From: Phoronis australis
Taxonomy: Eukaryota; Animalia; Phoronida
Direction: 5' to 3'
DNA: 64,000 nt
Assembly (NCBI GenBank): GCA_002633005.1
Contig: NMRA01000002.1
Span: 636,044-700,043, forward strand
This document shows positions 26,101-38,380 of this stretch, piece after piece; positions within the stretch are counted from its first letter, which is position 1, and each line of letters begins with the position of its first letter. The notes beneath the pieces are model-generated. The model was not told where the DNA came from. It saw only the letters and a list, made by a program, of their open reading frames with translations, and ran no database searches. The translations under genes and the position numbers were made by a program.

Positions 26101-29100
26101 TACTAGATGGAATTTCAAAAATGCTATTGCAGTTTTCTGAATTATCACTGTGTTTTGGTTTTATTCATCTCTTGAGCCCTTTCATAGAAATCACAAAAGT
26201 TCCGTCGTATGCAAAAGTGGAACATTTTCAAGACAATTCCTAAGGGGGGGGGGGGGGGNGGGTTGGAGAACGTTGCATAAACCCTAGTATTCGAAAGTTT
26301 CATATGAATCCGGCCAGTCGACTCTGAGATATGATTTACCGTAGTTAGCCAAATTGGAACATTTTCCAAGGTTCCTTCATAACGTCAGGTCTGAGGTCTC
26401 ACTGAGTTTTGGCTATTGGTATATTACCCAATGCTCCTTCTTGTGTGACGAACTTGGACTTCACAAGATACACCGAGGCAACGATTTACGCATTCATGGA
26501 ATATCTAATCACGACTTGAATAAGATTGACGTAGTTAATTAGTATATATAATATACATGGTAAGCAACCGGACGTGTGGATGACGTAAAACTGTCTTGAA
26601 AATAACTTTACATCAACCAACAGTTTTAAAGATCGGGTAAACCGTGATCACAAAAGACAACACCAAATCCTTCAGTACTTGAACGCCGACAACAACGGAT
26701 GGTATTTTACAATGATTTCGCAAAAATTCAACCGAGGGCTTTCTTTCTCCTCGCCCCCAGATCTCAGCATGCGCATTAGGAGTAGTGCTGGGTAACAAGG
26801 GAAAGATGCCCTAAAAGTTGTCTGTGAACATGTATCGGTTATATACTGCGTTCGAGTACTGGCGGAGGATGTGCTTGTGGTCCTCGTAATCACGAGATAC
26901 CCGATCTTGATGTCTCTTGAACAAGACAATTTTTTACTGGCACTACACTGTGACTGCAGCTGCTTATCATTCTATTCAAATCGTAATGTGCGAATGTACT
27001 GTTGTACTGGACGAACATCGTCACGGTTGTTGACTGGACCAAGTACTTGTGAAAATATTAACATACGATGACAAAGATCCTGTTTCAAAATAACTTCTAT
27101 ATGAATCCATATGGTGATACGATTTCACAATGCTTTATATGCGTTTGTGTGCGGCGCCTACGTTAGTCTGGAAAAGATTTCAGGAGCCTGAGGAACACAT
27201 TTTAACAACATCGTCTGGGCAAGCCATTAATGTCATGAAATTGTCTAAAAACTCTTAAAAAAGACTAATGTAATATGTAATATTGTCTATATAGGCTTGT
27301 ATAGGTTTCATGTTGTATGTCAGGAGACAGTAACTCAAATGTACACCATGTACAGATGCAAGGAAAGATCCAAACATGAACATGCTTAGATTATTACCGT
27401 ACGCAGAGGCTAGACGGCTCCGATCTATTCTGGCTCATGATTCGTAACAGAAATGACGACGAGTAACTTGCCAACGAAGGCTGGACCTGTCTTTATCCTG
27501 AGTGTTTGTGCTATCAAACTTCTACTCTATGCGTATGTCTCCTGGTGGTCCGCCAGCCTGCTTGTCAGTCCTTATGTCTGTGAATATTTCTTAGGCAGAT
27601 TTATAATAGGTGTTAAACCCTTGAGTCAGGTTTCTAACTCCTCATCTCGGTTTTAACTATACATTAATAAAGCACAAAAATAGTTCCAGGTGATCAGTAC
27701 AATGGTCCCACATGCGAGGCCTGCGCACGCCTGGTACAACGTGTACCAGACCGACTGCAACTGTTTTTTATAGTAGGTGTTGGCAAGAGGCTTACCTCCG
27801 GACGACACACAACCAAAAAACAAAATGGCCGCCGATTTGGCGTTCAAAATTTTTAGGGGCACCACAAACACTTTTCCTTCCAAAATTACAGTTGCTCCAG
27901 TTCACAGCATCTGAGACCAGTCAGGTGATATTTCTTCCAGAATTTCCCTAATTGATCACTTCTGTTTAAGGTGTGTATGCCAAACTGATTGTCCACTTGC
28001 CTGTTAACGTAATTTTCTTTATGGTATTCTGTTTTTATTAAACGTTGTATGTCGATATTGACAGCACGTCTGCTGAGGAAGTTGTCTCTGACTGTCGTTT
28101 TGTCTGCCCTTTGTATACTCTTCATAGCAGTGTTCTTTTCTAAGAGTAATTATTCCATTTACTGGAAAGGCCCCAACTGTCCACTGGCTAAGTTCGCATG
28201 CCTCAGAGAAGCCAAATTCACCGAGGCGTGAGATACTATGAAACAGCGTTCACATTGCTCCGATATGCTTCCTGATCTGACTGGTGAATCCGTCGCCGCC
28301 TAAAAAATCACATGTGAACGCTCGTCAGACGAATAATCTATCAACGTTCTTATCGTCCAGCCTTAAATCAGCCGGCAGATCAGTCCATCTTATCATGATA
28401 AACCTACACGATTTGTGGTTGGGCTCTGCCCCCCATAGTGATCACAAGTTGTTGGAGACTGTATTAAGCATTTTGTACATAAAAATTATGTAAGACAGCT
28501 GATAGAACGCTTTGTTTAAGAGTCTAATCTGAGCCCGAATTTTAGAATTTTCTGTTGTACTTTTGTACGAACTCAAGAAAAGTGTCTATTATTCTATGTT
28601 GAAGTACATAATGGCTTGCGAGAAAAGCTTTCTAATCCTAGTTTGCACTTGATGACCCCTGCATGGAGGATAAAAGCTCGAGTCTAAACTCGAATTTTCG
28701 AGTTTTTACTCGGGATCTCAAGTTTTACTCGAATTTGAGCTCGAATCTGCTGGCTATCAAGTGAGAACTTGAACTATGAACTCACACGTATAAATCATGA
28801 TGTATTCGAGTACAGAATAATAGAAATTTGTCTTCACTTCGCTCCAAAGTAGAATAGAAAATGATAAAAAATAATGTCAAGTTAGATTTCGATTGAAGCC
28901 GTATCCCCCGGGCCCAACCTTCAGGCCAGACGTCCCACTTGCCTTTTTTATAAAATTCCACGTATGAGCCCAGTGTCTGACTTAGTAATTTTGTGCATAC
29001 ATAATTGCACCAAGACCTACATTACAAAGTTTAGCCACTAATTTGCGTACCCCGTCGCCCTGTATAACGCCTAATTGCGTTATCTGTGCGACTTCAAATG

Positions 29101-32100
29101 TAAATTATGGATTATTAGAGTAGCAAATCGTTGATTTAGAATCTCAAAGGGAATGTGAAACAAACAATAATGTCTAACACGGAATTGATTTCAGAATCGT
29201 ATGTCGACTTTAGCGAGACGGTTGTAATTACTATTGCTTTTTGGTGGACTTGATTAGAACCATCGACATTTTACGATTTGCGATATGTGGTCATTCGTCA
29301 CTGAGTCACCTATTAGCTGGAACTGAGGAGTATTTAGGGCTCTTTTTCATCACTTTGTTAGATTCTGCTTTGGAACGCCATCACCTACGACTCAAATCAG
29401 TACCAGCTAGATTAAAGTGTCTCGGGGCTCTTAATCTGTAAAACATTTTGTAGCCCTAATTTAATCTGACTCTCACAATTTTTCACCCCCAACAACCGAT
29501 CACCTCAATCACGAATCTCTATCCATCGTGACTACAATTTCAAGCTGCATAGTCATAACTATACCCTACTGGCGGTGGATCTATGAGGTCGCAAGGGGAA
29601 AGGCAATCACAATCTTCCAAGGCAAAATGCACTTAGTCCTTCAAAAGGGGATCTTTGGTATATCCATACGTAGGGAGCAGACCCCCTGGTCTACCCTAAA
29701 TAAGCTTATGTAACCTCTCCGGCACCTTAACTCCCCCAATCGCCACAGTTATCATTCCCTGTCGATACCTTTCCGAGGTGCCTCCTTGAGTACTCCTCAG
29801 GGCCTACTTAGCTTAATGGATAATCTGGCATTGGCTCAAAAATCTTTTGATAATTTTTTCCAGACGAAGAGAAAACCACTGGAATGTCATGAACCCAATC
29901 TTGCCAACAGGCGTACCGTGGTCTGTTTGAAGTCAGGCCAATATCAGACGATATGCCTAAATAGCACATGTTCTAAAAACAGCCGCAATCTACTTTGTGT
30001 GTGCGTGCGTCAACAACAAAATCCATTAAAACTGTTGATTTCTCTGTTACTCCTGTTTTCGCGATTCAGTGTCTATCTGTTGAAAACCCCTGAATACCAT
30101 TGAACGCCGTCAAACGCCTTAGCATTCTTGTCACAGACGACAATCATGCTTCCGCATAGCACAGCGGTTGTATATGTTGCATCCTGAAACACTGGCACTT
30201 GTGAAGGGGGAGGGTGGTTATGCACAAAGTTGTAATTACGTTCTGCGGCGTAGGCCTGCCCTTTGTAAGGCTCCGTCCGTACCCATGAAAGATATGAAGC
30301 TGTGCGCAGATCTGCGTGTAATCCCATTCATTGGCTGGCATGGGTCGTAGAGTAGTTTACTCATTGCGTAGACATCACTGTGTGGTGTACACTTAAGTAG
30401 TGTTACGTAGACTTGAGTAGATTTGTGAATAATAGCGCAAAATGTGCACATTCTGCATCCAGTCTACGTCGAAAGTAAGCAAAAAAATTAATCATGCCTA
30501 ATTTTTGGCGTCCATTTAGGATTCTCGTTTTCATGTCTCGTAGACTAGTGTTGGCACAACGTAGACATTTGCATGTGCCTTATTGGGGACAATCTGATCG
30601 AGGTATGTACCAGACTGCTATATTCTTACTGGTGTCACGCGTGTCCAGGGCTCATACAACACGGCACGTGTACCCAGAGAAATGAGCCCCTCCCATTACG
30701 CGCGCCTTCTTTGTAATTTGAGTTGACCACAAAGCTGTCGACCATACTAAAATCGTAGGTTTGCCCGGTGCGCTATTAGCTGTCAACCATTCTCGAGTAC
30801 TTTAATGATAGCTGTCAAATCTTCCATTGACAGCGAAAAGTATTTTAAGTTTTAGTAAAAGTAAAGGCGTTATTGATTAACTTTGGCTTGCTTAGGCGGA
30901 CCCAAAACCGGTGGGAGGTTGCGTTCGTACCCGTCGCACACCCTTCAGTACGGGCATGAATATCGGACATAAAAATCAACGACAAGCAGCAGTTTCTGAT
31001 TTTGATAACTTCCTCCTCTGCTTCTCTTTCTCGAAAATTCCCCTTTGCCGAACTATTTTTGAGTGTCTCACGAAATGTCGTCGATTTCCTCGACATGCTG
31101 ACAGTTCTTCAAGTTGGAGAGCTGACTAATCGTGAACGAGACGGTCTCGCCACCTGGTGACTAATGGCGAAGGGCACTAAGCTTAGCGTACTAATGCCGC
31201 GCTATGCATCTCGACGCAAGCACTGTGTGAAATCATCGAGATATTAAAAACATTTATATGCTGTTTGTACACAGTCTTAAAAACGCCACAGCTAATTTTG
31301 GTTAGAAACTGTTAGCGTAAACAATTCTACTCATACTAGTGTTACGATTTGAAAGTCGTGCTGTTTGGGAATACCCAAATGATGCACTTCAAGTTAACCA
31401 AGCACCGAGGTTTTGTTTTAGCGATAAAGAAATTCAGAGAGTAGTGTTATTTTTCACGTGGAATACCATTCCAAACAGGAAACAGTGGGGTGTAATGGTA
31501 ACGAACTTTGAGATAAGGCTGGTAGAAAACTTAATCTGTGATTTGAAGGAGACGGATAGTGTAGCGCTCACGACGAGTGTTTAAAATAGTGTGACCAGAG
31601 CAGGGACCAGTTGAAGAAGCATGTAAAAAGTAAGTCTTTCACGAGCGGTCAAGCTCATTGAGCCGGTTAAACTCAGGTTTCAGTAGCGTGATCAGATTTA
31701 GTCTTATAAAGCTGCCTTTTGTGCTGCTCAGGTGGTTGAAAACGATAATCGAACCGTTCGATGGACTTTCACTCTCGAGATCGACCTCATAAGATTTTTT
31801 AAGTGATAGAATTCCTTTTTCGTCACCAACAAGAACATCAAAACCATCAGCGACTCGAGAAAAACGCACGTGACTTGAGTTCCGAGTCATTCGGCAAAAA
31901 ATTCAAGATCAGATGAGCGCTGAAGTGTTTTTAAATCTTAAAGCGTTAAGGATTCAACCCAACAAGGGCGACGTACAACATTAAATATCCCTCAATGGCT
32001 AGACGTAAAACCACCTCAGAACCGAATCACCGGCGTTAAATATTTGAAATATCCTTTCTCTCTCATCGAAACCGCCTCCGGTTTGGGCTCTTCCCCTGTT

Positions 32101-32975
32101 CACCGTCAAATTGCCAGTATAACTTTCATTTTATACGTGTATTATTCATGGCTGACGAATCATAGAGAAATACAATAAAAAGTCTTACTAGAACAGTGGA
32201 TATCCTAAAAATGTTGCACATTTGGAGTTATTGATTGCGTTAGTTAATTTGATGCAAAGAGGTGACATATTTGTATTTAGAGAAACCGTGAAACGATTTG
32301 TACGACCGACCAGTATTAATCTTTGTCGACAAGTCGAAAACGTCAATCCAAAACAGAAAGAAATTAAAAAGTCCGAACCTACTCCGTGTGGTAGTGATAG
32401 CTATAGCAAATATGCATAGTTTAAAGTGACATTGTCGGCGAGAATTTTTTCTGAGATGAGCCCCTGAGCGGAACCAAACCTGAAATTCTCGCGTCGCAAC
32501 CAACCGTTCCAATAGCTCAGGTAGTAACCAGAAATGTGTACCTAGAAAATTTCTTGGTAGTATAAGGTTTTTCGGTTGTTTTATGGCTTGGTCTTCCACT
32601 CGCTGTATGTCGGAGTAGTATGATTATTGAAGTGGTAAAAATACCTGTCACCTGGCAGCCAACGGCGATAATTAGCGATTGATAATAAAAAACGCAACAG
32701 ATAATATTGGTTATGGCTGAGGTCAAAGGTCACACTTTCAAAAAGTCTAACCTATTCAGCTATGACCCCCAAAATGCGTTTTTCGAAGGCAAAAACGATA
32801 AGGTCTCTTTAAAACAGCAGTATAGTCACTTTCATATATTTTTCTTCAATAAGTGGAATTCTAGCGTGTCTGCGAGATCACGTAACAGTCTGCAGGCGTG
32901 GCTTCGCTAGTTTGCAATTTGACATCGCATACTATGTATTGAATCTGGAGTTGTTAATAGTGTTATGGATTAGTG

Positions 32976-33041
32976 AATTTCATTACCACTCCAACGAGTT
33001 AATACCAAAATTTCATTACCACTCCAACGAGTTAATACCAA
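32976..33041. repeat. Tandem duplication of 33 bp, two copies
   Basis: aatttcattaccactccaacgagttaataccaa repeated exactly. Confidence 0.9.
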
Positions 33042-35029
33042 GGTAATTCCTTTCCGCGCCGTGTAATAATATGATTTCTCGAAGCTTTGGAATCCCTGCA
33101 TTGTGCACGTGAAGGTCACCTCACATAACGATTCGACAAATCGAGGATCAAAATTAATTTGACAACCATTCATAAACCGACCGCTGGAGTTAAGACGACG
33201 TGAACTAATAAAATATCATGCAATTTCAACCTGACTAATTGGTCATAAGGTCGAAGGTTATCTTTTGGTCAACAGATGGGGTTAATTCTCTTGATTGCGA
33301 GTTGACACAAGACGAGATCTGCATAGTGACACTGGTACCACAGGACATCAGAATTGTGATTTATCAACTTATCATTTAGATTAATATTGTCCGGAGATAA
33401 CCAGTTCAAATTAATATAAAGATTGGTTGGAAATAATCCCTAGTGCTTCAATAGGCCGAAATAAAAAATCTACGCATACGTGACATCGAGTGCACGAGGG
33501 TGTTTTTTATTTTTCTCGTCCCGTGAGAAATCTCTGTCATTCACGCGCAATATTTGACAACGGCGTGAATCGTCACGGCGCGCAACAACGACCTGTAAAC
33601 ATCTATGGAAATGTTCCCACAAATAATACAGATTCTGCAAAATTGAAGACCAGTATTAAGTGAAAAGTTCGGAAGTATTCGTTTTCTTACAATCGCTTTC
33701 TCGGGATGCGAATGTTACGGTCATGTGAGCATTACGTTTGTGTATACACTTTTGTAATTGCCAAGGATTCCAAAAATACATGAACAACTGGAGTTAAAAA
33801 AGAACGTTAACATTTGGTAACTTCCTAAAGTGTTCAGTTACAATAAATACGAAAACGTTTAGAATTAAATATCTTCGGCATCTAAAAAAGTAGCCTGGCG
33901 ACTAATTAGATTAGAAAAACTTTGCAAGAGTCGGTAGTCAAACGTTCTGTCGGAGACAGAATTAATCAAGTTGTTTCTGATACGAAACATCGATTTTGGT
34001 CTTAAATGGATTCAGCTGTATGCATACACTTTGGGAAAACACCGTTCGTTCACCCCACATAAAATTTTCCGCTGCATTCTTACGACTTCTAGGAAAGACA
34101 AATATTGACACTGCGCATCATTGTTTTAATCTGAGTCACTGAAGTCAGTAGATGCATTAGAAGGATGTCACGTGATCAGCATTTGCATTTAAGCTGCTTG
34201 AAAAAGCCCTGGCAGTCATAGAGTTGATACACTACCCATGGGACCGAAACGTTATGTTAAAAGAAATGTACTATTTGGTCTGAATGTATTGCTAACGGAA
34301 TAGTGTGTCGAGATTATAACGCATGCGCAAACAACTGCAACTCATTTCCTGCTGTATGATGCTGCACCGGAAAACATTCAGCGTTCAAGAGCGTACCTTG
34401 TTGTTGTATAATCATGGTCCTACAATCGTCGACTTCCCTCAAGTCCACCCGTGTCACCAAATGATTGTTGACCGTCCATTTTCAACCCATAAAAGTACAT
34501 AGGTTTTGCTTCTTCAATCAGTGAAAAACCAGGACCGCTCGCATTTAAAGGTAATCACGGCAACTGGCATCTTTGTGAAGAGTTTTGACCATGAGATTAA
34601 TAAATAATGAAAAATAACCTGCATGAAACTTTTCGTTCACCGTTTTGAAATCTATGCTCAGGGCTTAAAGCACTTTTCATTCATATAGAATGATCAAGAT
34701 AAACGTGCCGGAAGACTGATTAATCTTGGCTTTAAGTTTTTCGAAAGCAATGTCGTAGCAATGGAATCCCCTGGCTTTGTCTAATCCGAGCAAGCTCGGC
34801 ATTTCTGGAAACGTCCAACTCATATGTCGCGGCAGTCCAATGCTTGATTCGTTCCCAAAGGATAACTCCAGAGAGGTTACTCCTCCAATGTGTTTCTGCC
34901 CTTCGCCTTTTTTTCTTTCACTTGCATTCAGGCCATTAGCCCTTGGGTTATGAATACTAGCTTTGTTCAACACGACACACGCCCGTGCTCTCAAATTTAT
35001 TGATTAAGAGCAGAACGATGATAGTTTAA

Positions 35030-35160
35030 TAACTAAAAGTACGCGTAGATTAAAAAGACGCGCAGATTAAGCAAAAGCACCCGTAAAATAGGCAAAAGTA
35101 CACGTAGATTAAGCAAAAGTACGCATATTTTAAGCAAAAGTACGCGTGAATTAAGCACAT
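35030..35160. repeat. ~21-bp minisatellite (gcaaaagtacgcgtagattaa), about 6 degenerate copies
   Basis: Direct tandem units with no unique spacers. Confidence 0.8.
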
Positions 35161-35273
35161 TTCTACGCGCATAAATTAAGGTACTGGTTTAAGAACCCTT
35201 TGGCGCTTCATAGAGTAAGTCGCAGCCCCGGGTAGATCTAAAGCCAAGGTTAACCTTGTAGCCAGCCCGGATT

Positions 35274-35529
35274 TACGGTGGCTGTGAAAGGACGGCACGG
35301 CAACTTTTTCTCTCCGTTGTTAACTTTATCGATAGACTTACTAACTCTATCGATAGAGATAGTAAGTCTATCGATAGAGTTAGTAAGTCTATCAGTTAGT
35401 AAGTCTATCGATAGATATAGTAAGTCTATCGATAGACATAGTAAGTCTATCGATAGAGTTAATAAGTCTATCGATAGAGTTAGCAACGGAGAAAAATAGT
35501 TGCCGTGCCGTCCTTTCACAGCCACCGTA
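35274..35529. mobile_element. IS3EU-like MITE with an internal palindromic minisatellite
   Basis: ~55-bp TIR TACGGTGGCTGTGAAAGGACGGCACGGCAACT; 6-bp TSD CGGATT; internal 21-bp units containing TCTATCGATAGA. Confidence 0.8.
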
Positions 35530-35833
35530 CGGATTAACCTGGGGTGGTAGTCTACTCGAATTGCGACAGCCCTTTTCTCTGACCAAGCAAACAGCCGAAG
35601 AGGTTACTGCTTTTACTAGGAATTGGCTATGAACCTTATAATAACTTCTAGAAGTCTATTTTACCCAAAACGATCCATAGAATAGGTTTCCGGCTCTAAA
35701 ACCGATCGTGTCGCTTTAGGTTACGTTTCCTATAACGATGGGCGTGGTGGTGACAGTGAACAGGACTTCCAATGTTGTGGGTCTACTCATGCAGCGCGGG
35801 AGGGGGGGGGGTGCTGATTGCACTCTTAGGCGA

Positions 35834-36246
35834 CAATAGGGCTGTCCCGGCTCACACAGCGACACTGGAATCTCGCTGTATTTACCCAAAATGCCGTAAA
35901 AACCCGTCAGGCACATTTTGCTGCCTCGTTCTTGTGTCATTGGTGTTTCACTTGCTATTTGTTGTTGTCTGATTCTTTACAAGTTTTTCTCGGTTGCATT
36001 ACTCTGTTCGTCGCTGCAATGAAAACGACGTATTACTGCTGTGCTGCACGTGGGCTGCAACTCCAACGTGAGAAAGTTTGATAAATTGGACATATACCCG
36101 TAGATGCGTGATCTGAAATTCTTCGCCCTCCCGACATCATTGAGAGACTCCAAAATGTGCCTGATTTCCAAAACTTTCACGCGCTTTCTAACCTGTGGGA
36201 CAAAGGAGAGTTCTATCGCCGTGTAATACGGGACCCGGTCCTATTC
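35834..36246. mobile_element. ~410-bp MITE; inverted paralog at 60462-61022
   Basis: Termini CAATAGGGCTGTCCC and GGGACCCGGTCCTATTC; full-length reverse-complement similarity to 60462-61022. Confidence 0.7.
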
Positions 36247-37440
36247 AGCGATGCCAAAATTAGTCACCATTGAAATACTAGGGTCTCCGTGATTGCAATA
36301 TGTTTGAGTTGTATAAAACACGCATTTCTAGTTTCATCTGTTTGAAGGGTTGTTGCTTTAGCTTTATGATGGTTAAACATCCAGGCCAAAACGTTACGGT
36401 TTTACACTTCTGGGCTTGGAGTATTGCTTTCTTCTTTTGACGTGTAATTCATCTCATTCATATGAATGCTCTTTCTTGAATAACAATTCACTCCTCTTGA
36501 TTTGACAACTGTCGGAAATGTCAGTTACAATGGCTTCACGCACTGTGCTACATCTGTATTGATTTTCAAATTAGTTCGAATAGAAAAGTATATATTTTTC
36601 CACGTTTTTAGTTGAAGAAAAAAAAACAGCATGAAAGTTTCGAGATTTTTTTGCTTTGGTCCAGTGCAGTTTACTTGGCCACGTTAAAAATCTTCCACTG
36701 AAAGCGCCGTTTTCTTAAAGGCCATGGTCACAACTTTTTGCTCATTTAAGACTAAGAAATGAACGGGTGATAATTGCAGTGTTAACAGTGTATATCCAAT
36801 CTATTATTCACATGTAACTGTCTCCATACATATTGTTTAGTATACTGTACTTCATCAATGTAACGGTAAATCGGTTGAGCATTCACATTACAGGGCTGTC
36901 GGCTGTACGCCTTCGGCGTCCACAGACCATATATTGCCTATATCCACTATTGTTACGACACACCTAAAGGAATCACCATCTGTAATTTGCCATGGACTTA
37001 ACAGAATTGCACGATTCCAATGTTTAGAAATGTGTTAAGTACTAGATGAATCTGTGAATGCTCTTTGACCTCATGGCGTTCTGCAAATAAGTTCCCTTCA
37101 TATATATTCGCAATAAAATCGTGTATGCAAATATGGGCTGGTTGCTGACATCATTTCCAAAGGATTAAGTCAACCCCCCTTAACAAAAAACTATGAAAGA
37201 CGAAGGCACTTGCTGAAATACTCACCAACCATAAGGAGAATTCAAGAGCGTCTATTTACAGAAGGCATTGCGATTTTTAATGTTTAATGCTGAATATACA
37301 TTACACAGGGATTCAAGTTAAACCAAGAACGCGGCAAGAAGCATTTCATCTGAACGTCAGCTGTCACACTCGTCTAAATGTTCATCTTTCAGTTCCAAAA
37401 TCATATTTTTGAACATTTAACCTTCGGAGTATACCTTTAA

Positions 37441-38380
37441 AGTGTACACAACATGACTCTAGTACCTCAAAATAAATTTTATTATTATATCTTACTAGAT
37501 TTCAGCGCCTTTAGTGCACAACTCATAAAGAAACACGCAAAAATTGAAAAAATAATTATTATGTACAACGTCATGGGTTGAACACAAGTCGTTCGCCATA
37601 CTGTTCGGATCAGAGACAAAGTGTATAGAGTGAAGAGAAAGCAAAGTACATTTAGCGTCGAGAAGGTTTGTAGAGGGATCAAAAGATGTGTTTCCGGAGG
37701 CTGCAGCCGCAGCAACCAGGCGGAGAACGTCCCGGTCTTCCGAAGGACACCAAAGTTGCGCCGAACGAGAGTTTGGACGTCATCGTGGGCCAAGCGATTC
37801 GGTTCGGGGTCACTCTGTGTTCTGCCCACTTTGAGGACTCGTGTTTCGACTCCAGTCACAGGAGATGTTACGATGAAGGCCTGGTTCAATAAAGGACAAT
37901 ATTCATCATTCAGAAACATCAGCTCTTAATTCAGGATCGCCTGTTGGACGACTGGGTTGACTCGCCGAGCCCGAGGCCGCTTCTCTCGCGGGAGGATCCA
38001 GTTCTGAAGGCTCAAAGTAGAAAAGTACGCTGCCGGAAGCACATTAAACTTATTCTCGCTTTCGTGCAACCAAATTTTCTCATCCTGGCCACCATTCCCG
38101 TACGTTTCTTCATAGTATTCGTTCAATTCTTGCTCATAATCGTCGTCGCTTTCAAATTCCCTGCTCTCCGCCATTGTTCAATGCTAGCCACTGATCTCTT
38201 GTGTTCAACCCATGACGTCACATGGCGGGAAATGTGAAATGTGTGGCAAAATTGAAAGAAAAATCAAAATTTCGTGCTAATTACACAAAATAAACATGGG
38301 TTTAGCTAAATTTTACGTCATACATTTAGTCTGTGGCCACCGGTAATTCAAAATGTGCAAAAATCCATGTTGTGTACTGT
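37441..38380. mobile_element. Kolobok-like deletion derivative
   Basis: TTAA on both flanks; TIR AGTGTACACAACATG/CATGTTGTGTACTGT; convergent relics of a THAP gene (+) and an acidic second ORF (-). Confidence 0.75.
37680..37900 (+). pseudogene. Frameshifted THAP domain relic
   Basis: KRCVSGGCSRSN ... PKD ... LCSAHFEDSCF spread across two frames (C2CH THAP signature). Confidence 0.75.

Noticed and set aside
26243-26262. Long G run containing an N as a G-quadruplex element
   Set aside because: The homopolymer includes an ambiguous base, so its length is unreliable, and it lies in a dispersed repeat.
35030-35529. Regularly spaced, partly palindromic repeats suggesting a CRISPR array
   Set aside because: The units are head-to-tail with no unique spacers, one array lies inside a TIR/TSD element, there are no cas genes, and the context is eukaryotic.
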